From NCBI GenBank assembly GCA_964016885.1, contig OZ024748.1:41416001-41480000 (forward strand): DNA of 64,000 nucleotides. The letters are read 5' to 3'. The notes below the pieces were generated by a model. The model made no database searches. It had not been told where the DNA came from and was given only the letters and a program-made list of their open reading frames with translations. A program made the translations under genes and the position numbers. Positions 1 through 11,973 of the stretch are shown one piece after another. Source of the DNA: Eledone cirrhosa (Eukaryota). The number at the start of each line of letters is the position of its first letter. Position 1 is the first letter of the stretch.

Positions 1-204
1 TATATATACACACACATGTGTGTGTGTATATATATATATATATACACACACACATGTGTGTGTGTGTATGTGTGTGTGTATCGAGAGAGAGTGATACATA
101 TATATATACATACACACACACACACATGTGTGTGTGTGTATGTATGTGTGTGTATCGAGAGAGAGTGATACATATATATATATATACACACACATGTGTG
201 TGTG

Positions 205-236
<32 letters not shown>

Positions 237-654
237 TGTGTGTGTTTGTATGTGTGAGTGATACATATATATATATATATATATACAAACACATATATAG
301 ATGTGCGTGGTTGTGTGCGTGTGTGTGAATCTGTGCATGTGTATGTGTATATGTGTGTGTATGCATGAGTATGTGTATGTGTGTATATGTGTGTATGTAT
401 GTGTATTGTTATATTTGGTCGACATTATATTATTGAAGTGTTAAAAAATGGCCAACATTGGATTGACAGAATCACGAGAGGAACAATCAACATGACCCGT
501 GGTACTTAATGTAACTTTTCACGTTCTGAGTTCAAATCACAGCCAGGTTCAGTTTGTCTTTCATACTTACTGGCTCCCATAGAATAAATGACAGCCAACT
601 AACTCCTGGGGCTAATATAATCAACTATATTTAGCCCCTAAATTTGATACATTT

Positions 655-1115
655 TACCTAAATTAGACATCAACTCTACTTAAGGTAAACCCTTCAGTTT
701 GTACCTAAATCAGACATCTACTTTATTTAAGGTAAACCCTTCAGTTTGTACCTAAATCAGATCTACTTTACTTAAGGTAAACCCTTCAGTTTGTACCTAA
801 ATTAGATCAACTTTACTTAAGGTAAACCCTTCAGTTTGTACCTAAATCAAATCTACTTTACTTAAGGTAAACCCTTCAGTTTGTACCTAAATTAGATCAA
901 CTTTACTTAAGGTAAACCTTTCAGTTTGTACCTAAATCAGATCTACTTTACTTAAGGTAAACCCTTAAGTTTGTATCTAAATTAGAACAACTTTACTTAA
1001 GGTAAACCCTTAAGTTTGTACCTAAATCAGATCTACTTTACTTAAGGTAAACCCTTAAGTTTGTACCTAAATTAGACATCTACTTTACTTAAGGTAAACC
1101 CTCCAGTTTGTACCT
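655..1115. repeat. 45-bp minisatellite, about 10 copies
   Basis: Unit CTTTACTTAAGGTAAACCCTTCAGTTTGTACCTAAATCAGATCTA recurs at 721, 766, 811 and onward. It begins at the tail of a decayed tRNA-SINE (about 450-668). Confidence 0.9.
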
Positions 1116-1250
1116 TGACTTCCTGTCCTGGTCAGCTTTGCACTGTGATTATTTTTACCTGCAGTTGTCTCGACTTGTGTCATTTTTAATCTAATTGTGT
1201 GTCAAATTTATATTTGTGTGTCAAATTCTAAATGTGTTTATGATGGTTAG

Positions 1251-1385
1251 TTAACCCTTTAGCATTTAAACCAGCCATATCCAGCCAGAATTCTCTCACC
1301 TCTTTCTGTTCAAACTGGCTGTAAATGGCCTCTCATACTGATATTAAGGTATTGTTCTCAAAATAAATGCTATTAAAATCTCATA
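1251..1385 (+). mobile_element. piggyBac-like MITE end fragment
   Basis: Starts TTAA-CCCTTTAGCATTTAAACC, i.e. a TTAA site followed by a CCC terminus. No partner end identified. Confidence 0.4.
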
Positions 1386-2015
1386 GATTCCATATTATGT
1401 GAGGTAAAGCCTGTACTGTGAAAAAATAGTATATATAGAGTAATGTAAATGTTATGTGAGATATTATGTGAGATAAAGCCTTTACTGTTAAAATACAATA
1501 GTATATATATAGAGTAATGTAGATATTATGTGAGATATTATGTGAGGTAAAGCCTTTACCACGAAAATACAAAAGTATATATAGAGTAATGTAAATGGTA
1601 AAAGGACTTAAAACATTCATAAAATATTAAATGCTTCTCAGAGCCAGAGAATATCAAACAATGGGTCATGGAACATAGCTTCTGCCCCAAAGATGGATGC
1701 ACAAAAATTACGTATCCTGAGACCCCAAAGAGAATCCAGAAGGGAGAAAACCTTGAGAAATAAAACACATGGTTATTAAAAATATATATATATATCTTCA
1801 CATGACTGATATCTCCCCACAACATTACGCCCGGCCAGAAAGGATTTGAAACTTATTATAATTCAGATTTAATCCATCTTTTATGTCAAACAGCAGAGAC
1901 AAAATATGAGTAGATTAGAATATAGTGGTGTTGCTTTAAAGAAGAAGAACGCAGGACTGATATGGTTTCAATTATATATATATATATATATGTCTATATA
2001 TATATATATATATAT

Positions 2016-2356
2016 GGAGGCAGATGGCTTAGTGGTTAGAGCATTGGCCTTGCAATCGAAAGGTTGTGAGTTCAATTCTCAGACCAGGTGATGTGTTGTT
2101 TCCTTGAGCAAGACACTTTATTTCACATTGCTCCAGTTTACTCAGCTGTAGAAATGAGATGATAGGGACTGGGGTCCCTATCATTCCACTGCAAAGTGGT
2201 CGTGGAGGTGCCATGGCAAAAAAGCACCCAGCACTCACTGTAAATGAGGTTGGTGTTAGGAAGGGCATCCAGCTGTAGAAATCAAGCCAGAATCAGTTCC
2301 CGTCCCACCCTTGCAAGCAGGGAAAAGTGGACGTAAAAATGATGATGATGATGATG

Positions 2357-2361
<5 letters not shown>
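2016..2361 (+). mobile_element. tRNA-derived SINE with bipartite RTE-derived 3' part
   Basis: A box TGGCTTAGTGG and B box GAGTTCAATTC. Internal AAAAGCACCCAG...GGTGTTAGGAAGGGCATCCA matches the LINE 5' UTR at 7412-7465. The 3' end CACCCTTGCAAGCAGGGAAAAGTGGACGTAAAAAT(GAT)n matches the LINE 3' end at 10566-10623. Confidence 0.9.
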
Positions 2362-2397
<36 letters not shown>

Positions 2398-2522
2398 GTA
2401 GAACACTGGAAGGTAATATCCGTAGTGGTAGAGCACTCAGTCCATGGGACGAGTTTGGTAGAAGTGGTTATACAACAGTTAGTTCACCATACCGAGAACA
2501 ATTGTTTCACCTTCGCAGATTA

Positions 2523-2560
2523 CGAGCTGAGGATCCGCTAAGGTGAAACAATTGTTCTCG
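2523..2560 (+). ncRNA. minimal hammerhead ribozyme within a 42-bp inverted repeat (2472-2513 / 2540-2581)
   Basis: CGAG CTGAGGA T CC-GCTAA-GG T GAAAC AATT GTT/CTCG. Stem I is CGAG:CTCG, the core is intact, and the site is GUU. Confidence 0.8.
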
Positions 2561-2661
2561 GTATGGTGAACTAACTGTTGTGTAATATATATATATGTGT
2601 ATGTATGTGTGTGTGTGGGTATATATACATATATACACGTGTTTGTATGATGGACTATTTA

Positions 2662-2692
<31 letters not shown>

Positions 2693-2887
2693 CATCATCC
2701 TCATTGTTTAATGTCCATTTTCCATGCTAGCATGATACATACATACATATATATATTATATATATATATATATATGTGTCTGATATTCAAATATCACACA
2801 CACACACAGACACACACACACATATATATATATATTTCATATATAATATATATATGTATGTATCATATATATGTATGTATGTATATT

Positions 2888-2926
<39 letters not shown>

Positions 2927-3258
2927 CTGTGTGTGTGTGTGTGTCTGTGTGTGTGTGTGTCAACTGGATAATCACAGATTGCAGTCGTTCAGATGTTCAA
3001 TGACAAGATATACTCAGTGAATGTGGGATCATGTCTTATACAACACAAAACAGATTTTAAAATTGAATGTAGATACTTTTATTTAATATATAAAGACACT
3101 TTATATATATAAAGAAAACGTATCAATGTAGGAATTATTTTTCACCAACAATCACCAATATTCTCTCATACTGTTTTCGAATTTTATTGTTTTCTAATCT
3201 TTAAAATCTAAATAATTTAATGTATGTATTATTCAACTCCACACTTAAGGAAAGCAGA

Positions 3259-3317
<59 letters not shown>

Positions 3318-3404
3318 TGATTCACTGTGTGTGTGTGTGTATATATATATATAGAGAGAAAGAGGTGATTCACTGCGTGTGTGTGTGTGTGTATATATAT
3401 ATAT

Positions 3405-3578
3405 CATCATCATCATCATCATCATCATCATCGTTTAACGTCCATGTTCCACGCTTGCATGGGTTTGGACGGGAGTTTTCCCACTTGAGGCAAGAGTGGT
3501 TGTCTTGCTTGCATAGGACTGTCTGGTGGGTTTTCTACAGCTGGATGCCCTTCCTAACACCAACCACATTAACAGTGT

Positions 3579-3580
<2 letters not shown>
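3405..3580 (-). mobile_element. short non-autonomous RTE-derived element (5' UTR motif joined to 3' end)
   Basis: Reverse strand reads GGTGTTAGGAAGGGCATCCAGCTGTAGAAA...GCAAGCGTGGAACATGGACGTTAAAC(GAT)n. Confidence 0.75.
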
Positions 3581-3612
<32 letters not shown>

Positions 3613-3828
3613 TGATTCACTATGTGTGTATATATTTAAAGAGAGAGTGAGCTTGTGTGTGTGTGCACGAGGGGACATGAAAATATTCGGTTTGGTGCCC
3701 AAGGGCATGGTTTGCACACACTTAGACCCCTAGTTCTTGTTAGGGCTTCATTTTAGGAGAAGGAAAACACCTTTTCAGAGAGTGTCACTGGTCCAGTGTA
3801 AGGTCTTTCTTGTTGACTCATTAACAGA

Positions 3829-3946
3829 TAATTGTTTCTACTTTTGGTACAAGGCCAACAATTACCCAGTACATTACTGGTACTTTATTTTATTGACCCC
3901 GTAAGGATGAAAGGCAAAGTTAACCTTAGCGGGATTTGAACTCAGA
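3829..3946 (-). mobile_element. short tRNA-SINE, 3' part
   Basis: Reverse complement of the SINE at 4630-4814. Other partial copies at about 11308-11382, 21420-21590, 45775-45915 and 48977-49270. Confidence 0.8.
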
Positions 3947-4175
3947 CCATAAAGGGACTCATTAAAAGATAATAAAACATGGACATTGATACTATTATAC
4001 TCTCAACACACACACACACACATACACATACATATATATATATATAGAGAGAGAGAGAGAAAGAGAAAGAGAGATAATAAATGTGAAGACTAAAATACAA
4101 AGGGGCCTCGATAAGGATTATATATATATATATATATATAATATAAGATCAAAAGATGGTTAAAGGAGTTCCATG

Positions 4176-4246
4176 TATTTTATTATGCGCATTTCAAAAA
4201 CAAACATCATCATGCAATAATATTTGTGTTTTCATCAGATAAAACA
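4176..4246 (-). ncRNA. hammerhead ribozyme, same family as 19586-19656, in Penelope-like terminal fragment 4143-4306
   Basis: Reverse complement of TTTTAT CTGATGA AAACACAAAT...ATGTTTGTTTTT GAAA TGCGCA TA/ATAAAA. Confidence 0.8.
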
Positions 4247-4325
4247 GGAGAACATGATATGAAGGCTAAAAAACACTTGTGGATAGTGCAGTTTTAAATC
4301 AACATATATTTGCTCTACGGGTTTA

Positions 4326-4377
<52 letters not shown>

Positions 4378-4486
4378 TAAACCCGTAGAGCAAATATTTG
4401 TTATATGTACAGGTTAAAGTTTAAGCAAACTTAAACTTTATACAACGTTAAAGTTTAAACAAAGACTTTGCTTAAACTTTAATCTG

Positions 4487-4535
<49 letters not shown>

Positions 4536-4571
4536 TCACAGGAATCAAAGTTATGTTCAAACCATTTATTA

Positions 4572-4616
4572 GCTTACAATTGTTTCATCCAAACCGAGGC
4601 TTGGAGTCTTCGGAGC
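4572..4616 (-). ncRNA. hammerhead-like motif (CCGAAGA core variant), inverted copy of 6823-6867
   Basis: Reverse strand reads GCT CCGAAGA C TCCAAG-CCTCGG-TTTGGA T GAAAC AATT GTA/AGC. Confidence 0.65.
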
Positions 4617-4629
4617 ATTATTTAATGTT

Positions 4630-4814
4630 GGGCGGTAGATTGGCAGTATCGGTAGAGGGTCGGACGCCATGCTTTCCAGCATAGTTACGTCCCTTTACGA
4701 TCTGAGTTCAAATCCCGCCGAGGTTGACTTTGCCTTTCATCCTTACGGGGTCGATAAAATAAAGTACCAGTAATGCACTGGGTAATTGCTGGCCTTGTGC
4801 CTAAAGTAGAAACA
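4630..4814 (+). mobile_element. short tRNA-SINE with 13-bp TSD
   Basis: A and B boxes (TGGCAGTATCGG; GAGTTCAAATCC). TSD ATTATTTAATGTT at 4617-4629 and 4815-4827. Confidence 0.9.
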
Positions 4815-6194
4815 ATTATTTAATGTTTGAATACATTCATGACCTCCTTTCCAACACAAGAGACATACAGATACATATGTATATATTGATGCACAGTGGG
4901 GTGACATATATTATATTATTTCTGAATGGCAATTTAAATTCAAAAATTAAAATCATATTAAAACAGAATCAAAGCAAAATTAAAGTTAAAATACAACATC
5001 TGTCTACTAGAGACCCATACTATTATCTTCTCAAACCATAACCTCCTTAATAAAAAATCGGAAGTGTTCGCGTCATGCCAGCACCGCTTCTGACACTCCT
5101 TCCAAAACTTTAAACCCAATATATAGCAATGTCAGACTTGAACCCATCACCACTTTTAGCAACACACCTCAAGGGCACACCTTACACCACAACTCCACAC
5201 TCAATGATCCACCCTATCTTAACACAATTCGTGCCATCTATCTAAAACCTTTTACCCTAGAAATATCCCCATGTACACCTACTTTTAGCATAATTACTTT
5301 CAATTACTTAGACTGTATTATATCACTATATAATTATATGTAAACTTTAAACACCGAATTCAGCAATGAATTATTTGTGCAAATGTTTTATGTATGTAGT
5401 GCTATCATTAGATAAATAGAGGATTAATTTATTAACATAAAAGAGCTGTATAACCTATATATTGAGTACAATGAATTATGTACAAGTGGTATGTGAGATA
5501 TACATACATGTATAACTTGATAGATAGATTAATGACATCGTAAGTGAGAAATGTTGTTTGGTCTACCCTTGAGATATTTAACTTTGCCATGCAATCAGCC
5601 ATGCACTGACCCATAGCTTACCAGGGGTTATATAGACGTGGTTCTAATAGGGCCCCTGACACGTTCTGTGAGTAGACTACATTTACAAAGAACTTTGATA
5701 TGTAGATCTGACTCTTCGTATGGAATATTCAGTTGTAGCACTCTATGATAGGGAGTAATCACCTAATATAGATACCTTTAGTACTTCACGATAGAGTAGA
5801 CTGTAATTAAAGATAGGATACTTAAATTTGGAAACTGTATATAACCGTATATATAAGAGACTCAATTGAGACACCTTTTAATGTATGTTGGAATAATAAA
5901 TTTAGTTATGAAAATCAGCTAGTTACCTCCCCTCACGCATTAACTCCCCTTAATCACACACATACTTCCGGATAATAAAACGATGTAAATTCTCGCAACA
6001 GAAACAACCTGCTCTATAAAATTGGATTAAAGAACACTGAGCCGCAACAAGCTATAATAATTTAACTTAATACATCAAACATCCAATACGGAATCATCGT
6101 TAATTATGTGAAGGACATATAATCTATATATTACGTTTCCTGAATTGTGAAAATGGTGGTGTATACAAAAACCATAACATTATTTTGCTTCTCA

Positions 6195-6381
6195 GGCGGT
6201 GGATTGGCAGTATCGGTAGAGGGTCGGACGCCATGCTTTGTAGCATAGAGTTACCTCCCTTTATGATCTGAGTTCAAATCCCGCCGAGGTTAACTTTGCC
6301 TTTCATCCTTATGGGGTCGATAAAATAAAGTACCAGTAATGCACTGGGGTAATTGCTGGCCTTGTGCCAAAAGTAGAAACA
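6195..6381 (+). mobile_element. short tRNA-SINE with 16-bp TSD
   Basis: Same family as 4630-4814. TSD ATTATTTTGCTTCTCA at 6179-6194 and 6382-6397. Confidence 0.9.
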
Positions 6382-6822
6382 ATTATTTTGCTTCTCATTT
6401 ATACTATTTCTCTGCACACAAGCTTCTTTATCATACACTAAAAATACCTTACCACTACAACCTCCATAATACTCTTAATTACCCGCTTAAAGTGCTTGTA
6501 TTGCATATAACACCCTGCCGCACAATAATCATATATAAATAAGACACACATGCATGCCCCACGTGTAACTAATGCATACAATAACTACTACAACTGACTA
6601 ACAAAATATCCTCTTGCATTATCTACGTTAACTGCCGATGTTGTATTTTAATTTTAATTTTGCTTTGATTCTGTATTAATATGATTTTAATTTTTGAATT
6701 TAAATTGCCATTCAGAAATAATATAATATATGTCACCCCACTGTGCATCAATATATACATATGTATCTGTATGTCTCTTGCGTGGGAAAGGAGGTCATGA
6801 ATGTATACAAACATTAAATAAT

Positions 6823-6867
6823 GCTCCGAAGACTCCATGCCTCGGTTTGGATGAAACAATTGTAAGC
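6823..6867 (+). ncRNA. hammerhead-like motif (CCGAAGA core variant)
   Basis: GCT CCGAAGA C TCCA...TGGA T GAAAC AATT GTA/AGC, followed by AATAAA. Confidence 0.65.
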
Positions 6868-7068
6868 TAATAAATGGTTTGAACATAACTTTGATTCCTG
6901 TGAATTCTATATAACTGCTCTGTAGAACAACTGATGTTATTACATTGAGCTATTTATCTTACTGGTAATAAGGTAGTAATAAATTACTGTCTTTCACTGT
7001 TTAGGGTTTAAAATATACATAACTATAAAAAGTTTTAGTATATACATAACCATAAATAGTATCCTTAA

Positions 7069-7140
<72 letters not shown>

Positions 7141-7244
7141 GTAATAGTAATAATAATAAATTTGAAGACTAAAATCCAAAGAGGACTCGATAAGGATAAA
7201 TATATATCAAATATATAAGAACCATAGAGCAAATATTTATTAAA

Positions 7245-7345
7245 ATAACAGATTAAAGTTTAAGTAAAGAATCGTTGCTTTCACTCTTCTGAAGATCCCG
7301 TTAAGAGTGAAAGCAGCGATTCTTTGCTTAAACTTTAATCTGTTA
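7245..7345. repeat. inverted repeat enclosing a degenerate hammerhead core
   Basis: Arms at about 7245-7288 and 7303-7346. CTGAAGA at 7289, then GAGTGAAA. Related sequence at 4075-4120 and 4305-4496. Confidence 0.7.
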
Positions 7346-7394
7346 TTCTGTTATTTTAATAAATATATATATAGTCTAGTAACACATCCTCTCT

Positions 7395-10300
7395 AGTGCT
7401 GGTGGCACAAATAAAAGCACCCAGTCCATGCTGTAAAGTGGCACTGGTGTTAGGAAGGGCATCCAAGCAGTGTATCAATGCCAAAACGCTTATCAGCACA
7501 GCAAAAAATAGGAACAACAACAAAGTATGAAGACGTCGCATCTCAGAGTTGCAACACTTAATGTTGGCACTCTCAGAGGTAGATCTGCTGAAATAGCGGG
7601 AGATGCTGGAGAGAAGGCATCTGGATGTATGCTGCGTGCAAGAGGTGAGATGGAGAGGTGCCTCTGCGAGACTAGTCGTAGGCAAACATCTTAGCTATAA
7701 GCTTTTCTGGGTAGGTAAGGATGATGGGTTAGGGGGAGTAGGCATTTTCCTGGTTGAGAGATGGATCAATAAGACAATAGAGGTAGTTCGAGTTAGTAAT
7801 CGAATAATTAAGCTTAGATTAGTTGTAGGCAGGAGATTACTGACAATCATCTCTGCCTATGCTCCCCAAGCAGGCCTTGGCAAAGATGAGAAAGACTGCT
7901 TTTACGAGCAACTTTTACAAACAACCGCAATGACAGAGGACGGAGACATCGTTATGCTAGCAGGAGACTTCAATGGTCATGTTGGACAGCTCCAGGATGG
8001 TTACACTGGGGTACATGGTGGGCACGGTTACGGCTCAAGAAATGAAGAAGGAGTGAGACTTCTTGAATTTTGTGATGCAGGTACACTGACTATTTGCAAC
8101 ACAAACTTCCAGAAACATGCCAATCACCTAACAACCTACAAATTTGGCGAGCACATAAGCCAGATTAACTTCTTACTAGTTAGGCAGCGGGACAGGCAGA
8201 TAGTGTCTAATACCAAGGCATACCCTGGGGAAGAATGTACTCCACAGCATAGGTTAGTCGTTAGTGGTATCTCAGTATGCAAGAGATGGAATGAGACATA
8301 CAGGAAGGTGTGGAGAAGAAAGGTCTGGAAGCTAAAAGACCTTTCACTAAAATACAAATTTAGGAAAGCCCTTCAAGATGTATATGATGAAAAAGAAGAC
8401 GATTTAGAGACGTATGACATAGATAATAACTGGAATTTCTTACGTTACAACTTGCTGCAGGCTACTGATGAAACATGTGACTGGAGCAGAGTTCCAACCA
8501 GACAGAGAGTGACCTGGTGGTGGAACAGCACAGCAGATAAGGCCATTAGAGACAAAAGACTAGCATGGAAGGCTTGGAAAAAGAGTGGGGGTAGAGAAGA
8601 ATATACAGCCGCTAAGAGAGAAGCTAGACGTCAGGTGTACTTAGCACGCAGGGAGGCGTAGAGTAGGAGGTTTGGCAATGTTCTGCGACAGGAAGATCAG
8701 AGGCGTGCGGTGTTCCACATTGCAAGGCAGTGTGTCAATGCAAATAAGGATGTTGTTGGAGATAAATGTGTCCGGGATGATGCCGGTGTACTTAGTGTCA
8801 CGAATGATCAGAAAAAGGAGATCTGGAAATGTCATTATGAGAGACTGATGAATGTGGAGAACGATTGGGAGAGAGAGAAATTACCCTTGGTAGATCCGAC
8901 AGAGGGACCAGCTATTGAGATTGACGAATATAGGGTCCAAGAGGCGATTAAGGAAATGAAAAATGGTAAGGCTGCTGGACCATCGGGAATAGTTGCTGAG
9001 ATGCGGAAGGCATCAGGGGACGTAGGCACTAAACTGGTTGCACGCATCATCAATCAGGCTATATATGGTGGTATCATACCCAAAGACTGGTGCAGCAGTA
9101 TTCGCATAAATTGCTACAAAGGTAAAGGGGATGCTCTGGAGAGGAGCAATTATAGGGGTATAAAACTGATGGATCAGGTTATGAAAGTGGCTGAAAGGAT
9201 ATTAGCACAACTAATTAGAGAAAGGGTCAAACTAGATGAGATGCAGTTTGGTTTTGTGCCTAGGAAGAGTACAACAGATGCCCTCTTCTTGGTGAGACAA
9301 TTGCAAGAGAGGTTCTTAGAGAAAAATAAGCCACTATACTTAGCCTTTGTTGACCTAGAGAAGGCCTTTGATAGGGTACCCCGATCTGTCATCTGGTGGT
9401 CCCTAAGGAAACTAGGTGTTGAGGAATGGCTTGTGAGGACAGTGCAAACTTTGTACAGAGGTACTCTCAGTAAAGTCAGGGTAGGAATGGAGTTTAGTGA
9501 GGAATTACAGATACAAGTAGGAGTACATCAAGTTTCGGTCCTCAGTCTGCTCTTGTTCATTATAGTCCTCCAAGCCATAACAGAGGAGTTTAAGACTGGC
9601 TGTCCATGGGAACTTTTCTATGCTGACGATCTGGTTCTTATAGCAGAATCAGTAGAGGAGCTAGAGAATAAATTCTGGCTATGGAAACAGCAGTTGGAAG
9701 CAAGAGGACTGAGAGTGAACCTAGCTAAGACAAAAGTGTTGATGAGTAGAAAAGAGGACAAAACTCCGATTCCGTCAGGGAAATGGCCATGTTCGATATG
9801 CAGAAAAGGAACTGGCATAAATTCTATAAAATGCACACAATGCAGATCATGGGTACACAAGAGATGTAGCGGGATAGCAGGCAAACTAACAGGTAGGGAG
9901 AAATATGTATGCAGTAGATGTACAGGAAAATTAGACAGTAGAAGTTGCATTGATAGACACATTTTTCAAATGCAGGACGGCGCTATAGAAGTGGTGGATA
10001 GCTTCCGGTACCTAGGAGATCAGATTAGCATGGGGGGAGGGTGTTCCGAGGCCATAGTATCTAGAATAAGGACGGGTTGGAAGAAGTTTAGGGAGCTGCT
10101 TCCTCTGCTGACGAAGAAGGGTTTCTCCATGCGTACGAAAAGCCGGTTGTATGGTGCCTGTGTGAGGAGCGCGATGCTGCATGGTAGTGAGACATGGGCA
10201 GCAACTGCGGAGGATATGCGACGGCTGGAGAGAAATAAGGCAAGCATGCTCCGTTGGATGTGCAGTGTAAATGTGCGTGAACGACCCAGCATGAATGTGT

Positions 10301-10622
10301 TGAGAGAGAAACTGTGTCTGAGAGGGATAGAATGTAGTGTACGGGAGAGGAGACTGAGGTGGTCTGGACATGTGATGCGCATGGAGGATGACCGATGGGT
10401 GAAGAAGTGCCAGGAAATGCCAGTGGAAGGAAGACGTGGTAGAGGTAGACCACGAAAAACATGGGCGGAGGTGGTGAGAACAGACCTCAGATCGTTGAAG
10501 CTCACGGTGGAGATGATGAAGGACCGTGACGAGTGGAGAGATGCTGTGCTGAATAAGACCCGTCACACCCTTGCAAGCAGGGAGAAGCGGACGTAAAATG
10601 ATGATGATGATGATGATGATGA

Positions 10623-10623
<1 letters not shown>
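7395..10623 (+). mobile_element. near full-length RTE-clade LINE
   Basis: APE endonuclease (VCCVQE, GDFNGH, QHRLV) followed by RT (QFGF, FVDLEKAFD, YADD, YLG), RTE-type C-terminus RGRPRKTW, and a (GAT)n tail. Confidence 0.95.
7527..10596 (+). pseudogene. RTE LINE APE-RT ORF with two lesions
   Basis: ATG at 7527 gives MKTSHLRVATLNVGTLRGRSAEIA, then a +1 frameshift near 7598 leads into ORF 7603-8661. An in-frame TAG at 8659-8661 follows, and ORF 8710-10596 is in the same frame. Confidence 0.9.
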
Positions 10624-10674
<51 letters not shown>

Positions 10675-10797
10675 TTAGTTAAGCAAAACAAGACCACATA
10701 TTTCACAAGGAAGACATTATTAAAAGATTGTCAACATAGTTTTAGTTTAATGTAAGGAATGTAGAGAATAATAATAATAATAATATTAATAATGTCC

Positions 10798-10916
10798 GTT
10801 TACAATTGTTTCGCTACTCCATATAATGTTTCTGGATCAAATGATTATGGATCATTATTGATCTGGTTCAGTTGAAGATAATTAACTTAGGTAAAATTAG
10901 AGCAGCTCATCGGAAC
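10798..10916 (-). ncRNA. hammerhead-like motif with long stem II insert (CCGATGA core)
   Basis: Reverse strand reads GTT CCGATGA GCTGCTCT [about 80 nt] GGAGTAGC GAAAC AATT GTA/AAC. Stem II is 8 bp. Confidence 0.6.
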
Positions 10917-11937
10917 TTCAAAAGGAATATAAATTAAAATAAAGAAAGAATGTTACATGAATGTAATGTTCCATATATTGGTATTTCACTATGGTGTCCT
11001 GGGTATATCTATTGTCTGCCATAGTCGAGCAATATTCTTCTGTCGAGGCTGCATTGTGTGAGATCTGTTTAGGGAATTGGTCACAGGGTTATTTACTTTG
11101 GTAAACGCCACTGCAGGCCAACCACTAATTAAATTCGATACAGATATAATAAGGTTAACAAACTTACTCGTGAGTGAACTGACCGAGAGCCGGTCTCCAA
11201 ATAAGCAGCATGGTAAATTAAATGTTATTGAGACACGAGTAACTGAATAATGATTTCAACAGCAAAAATTAGAGATGAAATGTATGTTTATTTTTGTTGT
11301 AGCACAAATAATTGTTTCTACTTTTGGCACAAAGCCAGCAATTACCCAGTGCATTACTGGTACTTTATTTTATCGACCCCGTAGCACAAATAATGTTGGT
11401 TAACTTGTATGGTTGAAGTTACACATAAAAATGAGGTTACAAAAGAGAATGTGTCATTGCGCCGGAAAGTCGGCAGGTTAAGGTGCAAAATCTCACCGTC
11501 ACATGTACGTGTTGCTGGTTCGAAGTCCCTGGTGCGAGAGAGAGAGATTCTTCAAATCTTCGCGGGTAATTTCTCCCTGAGGACGCGTAGGGATACATCC
11601 TCCTCTATTGGGGCTGATTGGCTGAGCTGAGCCAAATCACGCACAGAGAATGTATGTGAGCCCGCGGAATGTAGGTAACTACATCTGCCTATGGGTAACA
11701 AGATGGCCGTCAATGGACATATTTACCTTACTAATTATGCTTTGGCTTCTAACTAATTTACCAATCTCTCTTCTCCTCTCCTATCTCCATCTCTCTCTTT
11801 AAGATTAGTTACTCTTGAACTGTGTATATATATACATATATATATATATATGTAAAAGGTAAACAGAAATATAACAGGATCGGTACAGTATATGGAAGGT
11901 ATATATTAGGTTAATGCTTGATAGAGCAGGAAGAGGG

Positions 11938-11973
11938 TCTTAACGTTTCGGACGCAAGTCCTTCATCAGAAGA
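11938..11973 (-). ncRNA. minimal hammerhead ribozyme in dispersed repeat 11851-11976
   Basis: Reverse strand reads TCTT CTGATGA A GGAC-TTGC-GTCC GAAAC GTT/AAGA. The same element lies on + at 44303-44430. Confidence 0.8.

Larger units (their letters stand above)
4531..6908 (+). mobile_element. 5'-truncated Penelope-like element with an inverted copy of its 3' end at the 5' side
   Basis: 5001-5093 translates CLLETHTIIFSNHNLLNKKSEVFASCQHRF*, which resembles the GIY-YIG C-terminus at 18510-18630. 4531-5000 (excluding the SINE) is the reverse complement of about 6637-6908. Hammerhead motif and AATAAA near the 3' end, with (TA)n on the left. Confidence 0.8.

Noticed and set aside
2016-2090. Functional tRNA gene
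   Set aside because: A and B boxes are present, but the sequence continues into a SINE body found in several copies, and no convincing acceptor stem is present.
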